DNA of 64,000 nt from the NCBI GenBank assembly GCA_963835575.1, contig CAWIGG010000002.1, positions 160,001 to 224,000 on the forward strand, written 5' to 3'. The notes beneath the pieces are model-generated. The model made no database searches and had not been told where the DNA came from. It was given only the letters and a program-made list of their open reading frames with translations. The DNA comes from an uncultured Spirochaetota bacterium (GTDB lineage Bacteria; Spirochaetota; Brevinematia; Brevinematales; JAOACQ01). The translations under genes and the position numbers were made by a program. This document shows, in pieces, positions 1-9,880 of this stretch (position 1 is its first letter; every line of letters begins with the position of its first letter).

Positions 1-776
1 CCGGCCATAAGAAGGACGATATCCGGGAAATCGCTTTTCAGGCGGCGGACAACTTCAACCAGAAAGTCGACGTTCTTTTCCTGGGCGACCCTTCCGACAA
101 AAAGAAGGGTTTTTTTGCCCTTGATATGCGGGTACTTTTCAAAAAGCCATGAAGAGGCTTTTTCCTTTTCCTTGGATAATCCGGCAAAATCGGCTTTATT
201 AATTCCGGTCGGGATAATAAGGATCGGTCTTTTAATACCGTAATCTTCCAGCACGGTTTTCATATTTGAAGAAGGGGAAATGATAATATCGGCTTCATTA
301 TATATATGCCTTGTATGCTGTCTGGCGTATCTCCGCGCCCATGTTTTCGGAAGGAAGGGGAGATAAAAATTGATATACTGCTCAAAATAAGTGTGGCATG
401 TCATGACTATGGGCACTTTTCTCGACCTGCAGTATTTCCGGCTGATAACTCCTGTTGTAAATTCAGTTTGAATATGGACAATATCCGGTTTTATCCTGTC
501 AAAACTCGCGTACATATGGTTCCGGACTGTCGGTAGAACAAGCCTGTCTTCCTTATCAAAGAAAAGGCCCATGGAAGTGAAGCGCATGACGCTGCCGGTT
601 TTAAAGGAGATAACGCTTTCGCTTTTCTTATGATTTCCGTTTTCCGCCGGATATTCCGGGGCGAAAACGTACATATTTACGCCGAGCTTCTCCAGTTCAT
701 TTTTAAAAGTGTCGATCGAAATTGTCACGCCGTTAATGCGTGGCCAATAAGTATCAGTTGTCATGACGATATTCAT
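1..776 (-). CDS. GT4 family glycosyltransferase (diacylglycerol glycosyltransferase-like), 3' end outside the window
   Basis: Minus strand from ATG 776 reads MNIVMTTDTYWPRINGVTISIDTFKNELEKLG, paralogous to the neighbouring GT4; AGGAGG RBS near 785-790; absent from the ORF track because it runs off the edge. Confidence 0.85.
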   Translation of the reverse strand, partial: MNIVMTTDTYWPRINGVTISIDTFKNELEKLGVNMYVFAPEYPAENGNHKKSESVISFKTGSVMRFTSMGLFFDKEDRLVLPTVRNHMYASFDRIKPDIVHIQTEFTTGVISRKYCRSRKVPIVMTCHTYFEQYINFYLPFLPKTWARRYARQHTRHIYNEADIIISPSSNMKTVLEDYGIKRPILIIPTGINKADFAGLSKEKEKASSWLFEKYPHIKGKKTLLFVGRVAQEKNVDFLVEVVRRLKSDFPDIVLLMA

Positions 777-809
777 AAAAACATCCTCCTTTAAAATACA
801 GGTCACGAA

Positions 810-1985
810 TTATTTTTTTGTTTTCATGGCGGATTTATAAACGTTTATAATCCGATCCGCTTCTATGTTTGACACCGGCCATTTCCGGGAACACTCTAAG
901 GCCTCTCTGGATTTCTTCGCGTAGAGTTTTTCATCCTGAAGTAAAAGTTTGACCTTTGCGGAGAATTCATCGGCGTTATCATTTACCAGAAAGCCGCCTT
1001 TTCCCCCTTTCATAATCTCGCTTGTGCCCATCCTGTCTATGGCGACAACAGGCGTTCCGCAAAGCATCGCTTCGGTTGTGACCAGTCCCTGGGTTTCCGT
1101 CATAGAGGGAAAAGTAAATACATCCGCCAGGGCGTAAACATGCTTGATTAGTTTCCTGTCAATATATCCCAGGAGGACCACATTCTGATTGAGACCTTCC
1201 TTTTTAATCTTTTTCCGGAGCCCGTTCATATAAGGTCCATCGCCGGCGTAGAGCAGAATAATGTCGGGGAAGTCTTTTTTCAGCCTTTTGACTACTTCCA
1301 GAAGAAAAGAAACATTCTTTTCCTGGCCGATCCTTCCCACAAAGAGCAGGAGCTTTTTACCTTTGATTTTCGGATACTCTTTATATAAAAATGAAGAGCT
1401 TTTCTCCTTTTCTTTTGAGACCCCTTTGAAATCCTCAGGCGCTATTCCGGTCGGTATGATTTCCATCGGTTTTTTAACGCCGTAACCGACAAGGACATCG
1501 CGCATCAGGCTTGTCGGGCAGATAATCCTGTCCACGGAATTGTAAACACGCATGGTTATTTTTCTCGCCAGAGCTCGCGCCCATTTTTTCGGAAGGAAAG
1601 GAAGATAATAATTGATGTACTGTTCAAAATAGGTATGGCAGGTCATGACGAGCGGGATTTTACGCATTCTGCAGTAATCCCTTGCCAGAAGGTATGTTGT
1701 GAATTCCGTTTGTATGTGAATGACATCCGGCTTGATTTCATCCAGCCTGCGGAACATTTCGGTTTTTGCCCAGGGGAGAGTCAGTCTGTCCTCAGGTGAA
1801 AAAAAGAGGCCCATGGCTTTTAGCCGGAAAATCCGCTTATCCGTTTCTTTATTTTTATTATACCTGGGCGCGAAAACATAAGCCTCGTTGCCCTTTTTCC
1901 AGAATTCTCTCTGAAAGGTATCGACGGAAACAGTAACGCCGTTAATTCTCGGCCAATATGTATCTGTCGTGATGGCGATCTTCAT
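810..1985 (-). CDS. GT4 family glycosyltransferase (diacylglycerol glycosyltransferase-like)
   Basis: TDTYWPRINGV, HIQTEF, CHT, VGRIGQEKN and ETQGLVTTEAM (EX7E) motifs; start moved to MKIAI, which has a GGAGGA RBS. Confidence 0.9.
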   Translation of the reverse strand: MKIAITTDTYWPRINGVTVSVDTFQREFWKKGNEAYVFAPRYNKNKETDKRIFRLKAMGLFFSPEDRLTLPWAKTEMFRRLDEIKPDVIHIQTEFTTYLLARDYCRMRKIPLVMTCHTYFEQYINYYLPFLPKKWARALARKITMRVYNSVDRIICPTSLMRDVLVGYGVKKPMEIIPTGIAPEDFKGVSKEKEKSSSFLYKEYPKIKGKKLLLFVGRIGQEKNVSFLLEVVKRLKKDFPDIILLYAGDGPYMNGLRKKIKKEGLNQNVVLLGYIDRKLIKHVYALADVFTFPSMTETQGLVTTEAMLCGTPVVAIDRMGTSEIMKGGKGGFLVNDNADEFSAKVKLLLQDEKLYAKKSREALECSRKWPVSNIEADRIINVYKSAMKTKK

Positions 1986-2109
1986 AAATATGTCCTCCGT
2001 GATCATGACGCATTATTGTTGGGAAATTATTATAGCATGGAGCGGAATTTAATTCTAATATGGGAGTGGATTTCCTGTTAAAAGTTCCGGCTTGTGAATG
2101 GCATAGATT

Positions 2110-2772
2110 TTATTCTTTCATACCTGATATAACCAATCCGAAAGGATTTTCACTGATATTGAATTTCTGCAGGCGGCTGTTGTTCAATATTTCTATTATT
2201 TCATTTTTCAGGTATGAAGACTGCAGGGATGAAATGAGCCCTCTTTTCATTACTTTCTGCTTTACCATCATTTTCATGATAAAAACCATGAATGGATTGC
2301 AATTCCGCTTCAGATCGCTGATAAAATACCGTCCGCCTTTCTTTAAAACCCTTTCTATCTCCTTAAAGACTTCAATCGGTTTTGACCATTCATGCATTGA
2401 ACCGTTTGTAAAAACGGCATCAAAAAAGCAGTCCTCAAACGGGAAATTTTTTGTCGCGTCCGACAGCGTTTGATGGACCCTGTTTTCCATACCGTATTCT
2501 TTTGCGTTCTTTCCGGCAATCTTCTGCATGTCTTTGCTGATTTCAAGCCAATAAAGGGTTGTGCCGCCGGTTTTTTTCAGCCATTCCAATCCCAGATAGC
2601 CGGGACCCGGGCCGATTTCAAGGGAAATCCCATCATTAATTCCCGATTGTATGACATTATCTGTTACGATCAATCCCCGGTCCCTCATCCCGCGCTGCAT
2701 CTGATCATAATCGGCAACATTCAGTTCTCCGGTTATTCCTTCGCCAGTCTCCGGAATTCTTTTTTTAGCCAT
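2110..2772 (-). CDS. Class I SAM-dependent methyltransferase
   Basis: LEIGPGPG motif I, FPFEDCFFDAV, RVLKKGG. Confidence 0.88.
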   Translation of the reverse strand: MAKKRIPETGEGITGELNVADYDQMQRGMRDRGLIVTDNVIQSGINDGISLEIGPGPGYLGLEWLKKTGGTTLYWLEISKDMQKIAGKNAKEYGMENRVHQTLSDATKNFPFEDCFFDAVFTNGSMHEWSKPIEVFKEIERVLKKGGRYFISDLKRNCNPFMVFIMKMMVKQKVMKRGLISSLQSSYLKNEIIEILNNSRLQKFNISENPFGLVISGMKE

Positions 2773-2804
2773 ATATGCCTCCTATAATATTAAAACTCAT
2801 ATAT

Positions 2805-4570
2805 GGCCCTGCTGAAAAAATTCAAACACAAGCATAGGGGATATTCCGGCAAATTTTCAACCGCACAAGGAAAAAGATTAAGAAATCAAAGGCCATGTCG
2901 GCGGCAGCCTTCGATTTATCAGCCAAATAGCCCCGATATCTCTTGAAATTAATCCCGATTCCCCTTAAAAGCATGCGGGTTTTGACTTTTACCAGACCAC
3001 GGAACAAAATCCTGCCGCTCAAATACTTTGGTTTCAATAAACTCATCAATCCTTCTACGGCAGGGCGTAGTCCCATCAGAAATTTTCCTGCATCCATACA
3101 TATCAATTCCAAAAATTCATCCATCCATTCCCTTTTGGCGTCTATTACCAGCCGACTTTGCTTCTTGCCGACACAGGCCAGACAATTTTCTTTCTTATCG
3201 CAGGCGGCACATTTTTTTACATCAAAATTCAATACCACGGAACCATCTTCATTTTCAATAATGCTATTCGGGATTTCTCCCGCCGGACACATCCCATATT
3301 TGCCGGTTTTTGGGTCTGTATACTCAGAAAGTTTCGCTTTGTTTTTTATCCCTTCCAGATCGACGCCGCGTATCGCGCTCATTACCAGTTGAACGTCTTC
3401 GCCGCTCTCATTCCGAAGGTCTTCAGAATTATAACCGCCATCGCTTATCGCTGTTTCAATATTCGTTTCCTTTTTTAAATTAGATAGTTGCCTGCGGAAT
3501 AAATCCCCATCGTCAGCATTATTCGATGCGGTTTCTATGCTGGTAATCACCTGCATCGGATTTTGAGGGTCACAGGTTTCAACCGCGTTCACCTTATACC
3601 CGACATACTGTTTTCCCCGCTTCTCCCGGTAGGTCGCGTCTTCGTCCACCGGCGACTGCATCGATGAGGCTTTGATTTCCCGCGGCAGCTTCAGCGTCAC
3701 CTTGCCTTCTTTTTCTATCCGGCATTGTTCCCGCAAAAGTCTCATTGCCTGCCGGAAACTCTTTTGTTTCCTGACTTTATTGTGAAACACGTTCTCTGTA
3801 ATCAGCCCGAATATTTCCTCGCCAATTTCCACCGTTTTCGATTCGTAATTCTCCTTTTTCAGTCGATAACTGAATCCGTCCTCATTTTGTTTTAGAAAAT
3901 CCTTACATCTTTCACTTAAGGAAAATCCAGCATTGGAAACATCTTCCGCCATATTGGACAACACTTTATGAAACAGCATAACCCGATTCAGCCGCTTGAT
4001 ATTGGCCCCAATCATTACAGAATCTGTCCTCTGCAGTCCGGTTTTGATCCCGACCTCTCCAATTAAAAGATCCCGAAACTCATCAAATATAACGTCAAAA
4101 AGCCCGTCCTGATTCTCCGCCACAGCGGCACGAAAATAGTATAACGTCCTGATCGACATCTGCTGCGCGTTGATGTCTTCCAATCCCAGCGCGTATCGAA
4201 ACGATAAATCATATCGATACCGCTCAAACAACTGTTCATCGGTCAGAGAGAATAGCTCTTTCATGATTTCCAGCCCGGCTAATATGTTGACCGGGAAATT
4301 ACTCCTACCAAGTTTTGGGTCATATAGTGGAGCAAACTTCCGCTCATTTATTTTTGAGAAAACTTTCTGGTAAAAAAGCCCGGCCCAGCTTTCATTTAAA
4401 CTTTCTCTCATTTCCTGGTTCATTTCATATCTTACCGGATATAAATCCTGTTCTATATGTCTCTGATTCAGCTTGAACATTTTGACCTCTCTCTGATTCA
4501 TGTGCATATATTATAACGAGTTATGCAACTTTTGTACATGAATCGGTAGGATTGTTTTTGCAGTAGGGCC
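2805..4570 (-). mobile_element. Insertion sequence, IS1182-like, about 1766 bp
   Basis: Imperfect terminal IRs GGCCCTGCTGAAAAAA (from 2805) and GGCCCTACTGCAAAAA (reverse complement, ending 4570); ATATAT on both flanks (2799-2804, 4571-4576); encloses one transposase. Confidence 0.85.
2822..4507 (-). CDS. DDE transposase (DUF772-like N-terminus, IS1182/IS5-like)
   Basis: GRSNFP...DLSFRYALG N-domain, TDS, DEDATY..K..YVGYK, DGGY, Cys-rich CPAG/CAAC insertion, RPAVEG; start may be 4480. Confidence 0.85.
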   Translation of the reverse strand: MHMNQREVKMFKLNQRHIEQDLYPVRYEMNQEMRESLNESWAGLFYQKVFSKINERKFAPLYDPKLGRSNFPVNILAGLEIMKELFSLTDEQLFERYRYDLSFRYALGLEDINAQQMSIRTLYYFRAAVAENQDGLFDVIFDEFRDLLIGEVGIKTGLQRTDSVMIGANIKRLNRVMLFHKVLSNMAEDVSNAGFSLSERCKDFLKQNEDGFSYRLKKENYESKTVEIGEEIFGLITENVFHNKVRKQKSFRQAMRLLREQCRIEKEGKVTLKLPREIKASSMQSPVDEDATYREKRGKQYVGYKVNAVETCDPQNPMQVITSIETASNNADDGDLFRRQLSNLKKETNIETAISDGGYNSEDLRNESGEDVQLVMSAIRGVDLEGIKNKAKLSEYTDPKTGKYGMCPAGEIPNSIIENEDGSVVLNFDVKKCAACDKKENCLACVGKKQSRLVIDAKREWMDEFLELICMDAGKFLMGLRPAVEGLMSLLKPKYLSGRILFRGLVKVKTRMLLRGIGINFKRYRGYLADKSKAAADMAFDFLIFFLVRLKICRNIPYACV

Positions 4571-4606
4571 ATATATACAATATTGAATATAAAGCCAAAA
4601 AAAATA

Positions 4607-5143
4607 TCAGGGTAAATTTCTGCCGGTAAATTCTTTCAGAATACTGTTCAGCCATTCCAGTTCCGCTTTGAGATGATATTCAGTATGGGAAAAGATCGCT
4701 TGAGCCGTTTTAGGAACTCCCGGCAGTGAAAGCTGCTGTTCCTTATGTGCACTCAAATATTTAAGAGATTCTTTCAATATCAATATGCGTTTTTGAATAT
4801 ACCCTATAATTTCTTCGTCAGGAAGTTCGCCTGGAAAAGCGAGAGCGACATCCAGGGGATAATATTCCCGTTCGATTTTCTGCCAGCATTCTTTCAATGA
4901 ACTGATAAACTCCTGTCTTCCTTTTTCAGTAATCTGGTAAATACTTCTGGACGGCCTGTTTCCGACTCTCTCCTCGATCTTTATTTCCACCAGGCCTTCC
5001 TCCTTCAATTTACCCAACGCAAAATAAATTGAGCCGAAAGCGATTGAAGTCCAATCCCCCATATGTTCCTCAATAATTTGTTTTAATTCATAGCCATGAA
5101 GGGGCTTTTCCCTTAATAATCCGAGGATAACCATTCGTGTCAT
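4607..5143 (-). CDS. PadR family transcriptional regulator
   Basis: ILGLL...HGYEL...GSIYFALGKL...YQITEKG; C-terminal AELEWL. Confidence 0.92.
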   Translation of the reverse strand: MTRMVILGLLREKPLHGYELKQIIEEHMGDWTSIAFGSIYFALGKLKEEGLVEIKIEERVGNRPSRSIYQITEKGRQEFISSLKECWQKIEREYYPLDVALAFPGELPDEEIIGYIQKRILILKESLKYLSAHKEQQLSLPGVPKTAQAIFSHTEYHLKAELEWLNSILKEFTGRNLP

Positions 5144-5159
5144 AATATACAACCTTTAT

Positions 5160-5203
5160 TATACAAGCTTGTATATATTAATACAAAAAAATGATCTTGT
5201 CAA
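5160..5203 (-). promoter_or_regulatory. Sigma70-type promoter of padR with palindromic operator
   Basis: Minus strand TTGACA (5203-5198), 17 bp, TAATAT (5180-5175), followed by the perfect palindrome TATACAAGCTTGTATA (5160-5175). Confidence 0.65.
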
Positions 5204-5352
5204 TAGTTAAGCTTTTTTTATAATATTTTAAATTGGTTCCCATTGAATATATTCCTTTCTGATACTGCCTTTAATAAAGAAAAATTAAGATAATATTGAT
5301 TCTTCGATTAATTTTCTTTATAATTTTCATCCATTATACAGGAAGGTATAAA

Positions 5353-6612
5353 ATGACGATAGAACCCGAGCTTGTCTCGCCGGCCGGAAGTTTCGAGAAA
5401 ATGCTTTTCGCTTTTGAATACGGCGCTGACGCCGTATACCTCGGCGCGAAATCGTTTTCGCTCCGCGAGGGCGCGGCCAATCTGACAATAGAAGAGCTGG
5501 AAAAAGCGGTGCTGAAGGCACATCAATCGGATAAAAAGGTTTACCTGACAGCCAATATATTTTATCATGACAGGCATTTTGAGGCCTTTAAAATATTTCT
5601 GGAGGAAATCAAACATATTCCCCTGGACGCACTGATTGTTTCAGACATCGGGGCTGTTTCATATATCAAGGAGAAATATCCGGATTACTCAATCCACATC
5701 AGTACGCAGGCCAATACGACAAACAGCTTTTCCGCCCGTTTTTATGAGAAGCTCGGGGTTAAGAGGATTATCCTCGCGCGGGAGCTCAGCTTTGAGGAAA
5801 TAAAAAAAATACGTGATACAGTCACAGTTAAACTCGAGGCCTTTGTTCACGGGGCCATGTGCATTTCCTATTCGGGCAGATGCCTTCTTTCAAACTACTT
5901 TACAAATCAGTCAATCTACAGGAATGGAGAGAAGCTGGGAGGTATGAGGCGCCCGAAGACGCGCGACGCCAATCTCGGCGACTGCGCTCAGAACTGCCGC
6001 TGGACATATTATCTTGTCGAGTCAACTCGGAAGAATGACTTTATCCCGGTTGAAGAGGAAGAATACGGAACTGCTGTTCTCAGCTCGAAGGACCTTAATT
6101 TATCCGGGCATATGAAGGAATTGATGGATGCCGGTATTGATGCCTTTAAAATAGAAGGAAGAATGAAGAGCGTTTATTATACGGCCAATGTCACACGCGT
6201 TTACCGTTATGCCGTCGATGCCGCATTGCGGAATGAAAAAACGGGCCCGGAAATTCTGAAAGAGCTGGAAAAAGTCAGCCACCGTGAATACACTACAGGG
6301 TTTTACTTCGGGGAAAACATGGCGCTCAATTCGACTGCCGGGACCGGCTATATCCGAGAATATACTTTTTTGGGACATGTTCTGAATAAAGCCGGTGAAA
6401 AAAAAGCCCTAGTCCGCGCCATGAATCAAATCAAGCATGGCGCTCCTGTCGAAATAATACGCCCGGACTGCAAAAACCTGATATTGAAACATTTCAGGCT
6501 CATGAAAGATGATAAGGCGGTTGACAAAGTCCAGCCCAATGATGAATTCATTCTGGAATGGGATGATGGTATTGAACTTAATAAATATGATATTTTGAGA
6601 AGGAAAAATTAA
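5353..6612 (+). CDS. U32 family protein (TrhP/YegQ-like tRNA hydroxylation protein)
   Basis: PELVSPAG, GADAVY, HISTQAN, HGAMCISYSGRC...GDCAQNCR (Fe-S Cys), KIEGRMKS; start MTIEP after GGAAGG. Confidence 0.88.
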   Translation: MTIEPELVSPAGSFEKMLFAFEYGADAVYLGAKSFSLREGAANLTIEELEKAVLKAHQSDKKVYLTANIFYHDRHFEAFKIFLEEIKHIPLDALIVSDIGAVSYIKEKYPDYSIHISTQANTTNSFSARFYEKLGVKRIILARELSFEEIKKIRDTVTVKLEAFVHGAMCISYSGRCLLSNYFTNQSIYRNGEKLGGMRRPKTRDANLGDCAQNCRWTYYLVESTRKNDFIPVEEEEYGTAVLSSKDLNLSGHMKELMDAGIDAFKIEGRMKSVYYTANVTRVYRYAVDAALRNEKTGPEILKELEKVSHREYTTGFYFGENMALNSTAGTGYIREYTFLGHVLNKAGEKKALVRAMNQIKHGAPVEIIRPDCKNLILKHFRLMKDDKAVDKVQPNDEFILEWDDGIELNKYDILRRKN

Positions 6613-6744
6613 AGAGCATGGAAGCGGCTATATTCATGGATTGTTTATTATGTTAATTAGAGTATCTATATAGCTTAGCGAAATCACATACTGGAAAACT
6701 GCTTATTTATCAGCTTTAATGTCTAGAAATTTAAATATTTATTG

Positions 6745-6849
6745 AAACCACAGATTACACAGATTTCACAGATAATTTCTGGCAAACCTATGCTACCGAA
6801 TCTATAAAACCAAAATTATAATCTGTGTTTTTTGTGAAATCTGTGGTTT
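6745..6849. repeat. Inverted pair of 9-mer (CACAGATT-type) repeats between convergent genes
   Basis: AACCACAGATTACACAGATTTCACAGAT facing ATCTGTGTTTTTTGTGAAATCTGTGGTT; related copy at 21285-21320. Confidence 0.65.
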
Positions 6850-6873
6850 AGATTTTTAAAAAATGAAATTGTA

Positions 6874-7461
6874 TTATAAATGATTGAGGCTGTCCGTCTG
6901 ATTTGAGATGCCTTGCAGGAATTCCTCCATTTCCCTTTTTCTGACTTTGCCGATCTCCCGGGCTTTTTCGGTATAGAGGTTTTCCGGAAGCTTTTCTGAA
7001 AATTCCTGAATGAGGGTGATGGCGCTTTTAACATCCGGCGTCCAGCTTTCCAGCCCGACAATGGAAAGGAACCGTGATATCCCGATATAACCCATAAAAT
7101 CAAGCGTGTCCGCGTCATGGAGAATAAGCGCCTCCTTTATTGAAGAAGGCGTGGAATAATACATATGCCCTTTGATGATTTCTTTTACCGCGGGAATTTT
7201 TTCTTTTGGAAAATCAATGGTTTTTAAGTATTCATCGGCAACTTCAGAGGACCTTTCCGCGTGGTCTACGCCGTCCTTTTTAAAGGGCTTGAACGAGCCG
7301 GCATCATGCATATAGGCGGCGGCGAACAGGAGTTCAATATCGATATTTTCTTTTTGCGGCACTAATATAAGAGAAAGATTATAGACGCGGTGCAGATGAG
7401 TGATGCCCCATGCCGGATGCTGAAACCGCCCGGCGAAGCCGAGAATTTTATCTTTCCACAT
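6874..7461 (-). CDS. HD domain metal-dependent phosphohydrolase
   Basis: HLHRV, AAYMHD, HAERS, GH, LHDADTLD; start MWKDK has an AAAGGA RBS. Confidence 0.85.
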   Translation of the reverse strand: MWKDKILGFAGRFQHPAWGITHLHRVYNLSLILVPQKENIDIELLFAAAYMHDAGSFKPFKKDGVDHAERSSEVADEYLKTIDFPKEKIPAVKEIIKGHMYYSTPSSIKEALILHDADTLDFMGYIGISRFLSIVGLESWTPDVKSAITLIQEFSEKLPENLYTEKAREIGKVRKREMEEFLQGISNQTDSLNHL

Positions 7462-7521
7462 AAAATGGTCCTTTATTAATTTCTTAACTCTATACCTTTT
7501 TTTTGAATAAATCAAGCTTTT

Positions 7522-8205
7522 TCAATTTCTCCGGCCGAAAAGGGCCCGTCCCAGTCTGACCATATTGGCCCCTTCTTCTATAGCCGTCTCGAAATCATCG
7601 CTCATGCCCATGGAAAGAATGGAAAAATCCGTCCCGGTCAGGACCGCGGAAAGTTTTTCACGAAGCCGGTATAGATTCCGGAAGGCCAGCCTTGTCTCGG
7701 CGGGAGGTTTCCCAAAGGGGCCTATTGTCATAAAACCGGAAACTTTTAAGGCTTTCAGTTCAATAAGCCGGGCGGCGAATTCTTCCGCCTGCTCCTCTCT
7801 GACGCCGGATTTTGTCTGTTCGAGAGAAGTATTGACTTCGATCAGGGCGGGCATGATTTTATTGAGTTCCAGGCATTTTTTATTGAGCTTTTGGGCCGTA
7901 TCAAAGCTGTCGAGAGACTGCACCATATCAAACAGCGATGCCGCTTTATTGGCCTTGTTTTCCTGAAGATGGCCGATCATGTGTTTTTTAAAAGAAAGGT
8001 CTTTCAGTTCTGAAAATTTAGTTTCGGCTTCCTGAACTCGGTTTTCACCGAAGTCTTTAATACCGGCCGAAAAAGCTTCCCGAATGATTGCTGAAGGAAG
8101 CGTCTTTGTAACGGCTATAATATTGATTGGATAGGAAATACCGAGAGAGGCTTTCTTTTTTTCTATGATGTTTCGTATTTTTTCAATATTCGCATGAATA
8201 TCCAT
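7522..8205 (-). CDS. yggS: PLP homeostasis protein YggS
   Basis: AVTKT, FGENRVQE, HMIGHLQENK, LSMGMSDD, GANMVRLGRALFG. Confidence 0.95.
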   Translation of the reverse strand: MDIHANIEKIRNIIEKKKASLGISYPINIIAVTKTLPSAIIREAFSAGIKDFGENRVQEAETKFSELKDLSFKKHMIGHLQENKANKAASLFDMVQSLDSFDTAQKLNKKCLELNKIMPALIEVNTSLEQTKSGVREEQAEEFAARLIELKALKVSGFMTIGPFGKPPAETRLAFRNLYRLREKLSAVLTGTDFSILSMGMSDDFETAIEEGANMVRLGRALFGRRN

Positions 8206-8285
8206 GGTACCCCACCAGTCATCAGCCGGCAGTTAAAAAAGCAGGAGTTTTTTACTTTCGGCCGTCGGGAAAATACTAAGAGATT

Positions 8286-9503
8286 TTATTTCAGACTGTT
8301 GACTGTCAACTGATTTATTACCCACTCTGTATCGAGCGCTATCATCAGTTCCTCGTTTGTCGGGACGACAAGGATCTTGATTTTAGAATCCGGCGCGCTG
8401 ATGTCAGCCAGCTTTGCTTTAGTAGCGCTGTTAGCTTCGTGATCCAGTTTGATGCCGAGTTCCTCCAGGCCGTCCATGCATTTTTCGCGGACATGCCATT
8501 CATTTTCCCCGATGCCGGCCGTAAAGATAATGGCGTCGGTTTTACCGAGCTCCGCCATGTAAGCGCCGATGTATCTCCTTATGGATTTAACCAGTACTTC
8601 AATGGCAAACTGGGCCCGTTTATTCCCTTTGGCGGCCGCATCGTTAATTTCCCGCAGGTCATTGGAAACGCCTGATATGCCGATAAGTCCGCTTTTTTTA
8701 TTCAGGATATCGTCTATCTGTTTGGCTGAAAGGTTCTCTTTCTGCATCAGCGTAAAGACAATGGCCGGATCGATGGAGCCGCAGCGCGTTCCCATGGGAA
8801 GCCCTTCAAGCGGGGTATAACCCATCGATGTGTCCAGGGATTTACCGTTTTGGACGGCCGTGATGCTGGAGCCGTTGCCGAGATGGCAGGTGATGCAGTT
8901 GAAATCATCCTTTTTTATTCCCAGAAACTCAGCCGCTTTCATTGAGACATAGCGGTGCGAAGTTCCATGGAAGCCGTAACGGCGTATTCTGTGCTTTTCA
9001 TAATACTCATAAGGAAGGGCATATATGTAGGAACTTTCCGGCATGGTCTGGTGAAAAGCCGTGTCAAAAACAGCCACCTGCTTAGTTTCCGGCAGGACCT
9101 CTTTGCAGGAAAGGATCCCCTGAAGGTTCGGCGGATTGTGGAGAGGCGCCAATTCGGAATATTTTTCAACAGAAGCAATAACATGGTCAGTTATCAAAGC
9201 GGATGTGTAGAATTCCTCGCCGCCATGGACAACCCTGTGTCCTATGGCGTCTATATCCTTTAAAGAAGCAATGAAGCCATTCTCCGGGCTTACCAGATTG
9301 TCAATGACAATCTGCATGGCCTCTGTATGGTTTTTGGCAGAAACGCTTTTTTTATTTTTTTCATTCTTTTTAGATGTAAAAGTATATTCTGAAGCGGACC
9401 CGATTTTTTCAATAATACCTTTTGTGATAACACCTTCATTCTCCGTTGTCATTAATTGATATTTAAGCGAAGAGCTTCCGCAGTTTATGACCAGTACTTT
9501 CAT
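8286..9503 (-). CDS. ackA: Acetate kinase
   Basis: VINCGSSSLKYQ, GHRVVHGG, APLHNP, RRYGFHGTSH, HLGNG, FTAGIGEN, TNEE. Confidence 0.97.
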   Translation of the reverse strand: MKVLVINCGSSSLKYQLMTTENEGVITKGIIEKIGSASEYTFTSKKNEKNKKSVSAKNHTEAMQIVIDNLVSPENGFIASLKDIDAIGHRVVHGGEEFYTSALITDHVIASVEKYSELAPLHNPPNLQGILSCKEVLPETKQVAVFDTAFHQTMPESSYIYALPYEYYEKHRIRRYGFHGTSHRYVSMKAAEFLGIKKDDFNCITCHLGNGSSITAVQNGKSLDTSMGYTPLEGLPMGTRCGSIDPAIVFTLMQKENLSAKQIDDILNKKSGLIGISGVSNDLREINDAAAKGNKRAQFAIEVLVKSIRRYIGAYMAELGKTDAIIFTAGIGENEWHVREKCMDGLEELGIKLDHEANSATKAKLADISAPDSKIKILVVPTNEELMIALDTEWVINQLTVNSLK

Positions 9504-9710
9504 AAAAAATTCTCCTTGAGCTTTCATTATAGAATGGAGCCGTTGAAAAGTCATTTTTTATCAAAATACTCATACGGAATTGTTTGAAAATTAAACTAAA
9601 AAAAAACAGCCGGGACCACATTATTTTGCCAGATATTGCAGCCGCTGCGTATGCTTAGCATACTTCACGCGGCAGCACCGTTTGAATTTACTTGAAGTTT
9701 ATGTTATAGC

Positions 9711-9745
9711 GGCAGTTCCAAAAACTTTGAGTTTTTGGAACTGCC
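9711..9745. repeat. Short palindromic element in the ackA-rpoN divergent region
   Basis: GGCAGTTCCAAAAACT-TTG-AGTTTTTGGAACTGCC, perfect 16-bp stem with no U tract. Confidence 0.55.
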
Positions 9746-9880
9746 CTAGATATTAAGGAACAGGGAAAAAGGCTGTGAATAACGGCAGACCCTTTCCCAT
9801 ATCCTTGACATTTTTAATAATTGGCTTAAAAATTAAGGGAAATAGAAATTTTTATTGTACAATATATGTGGAGTCAATTT

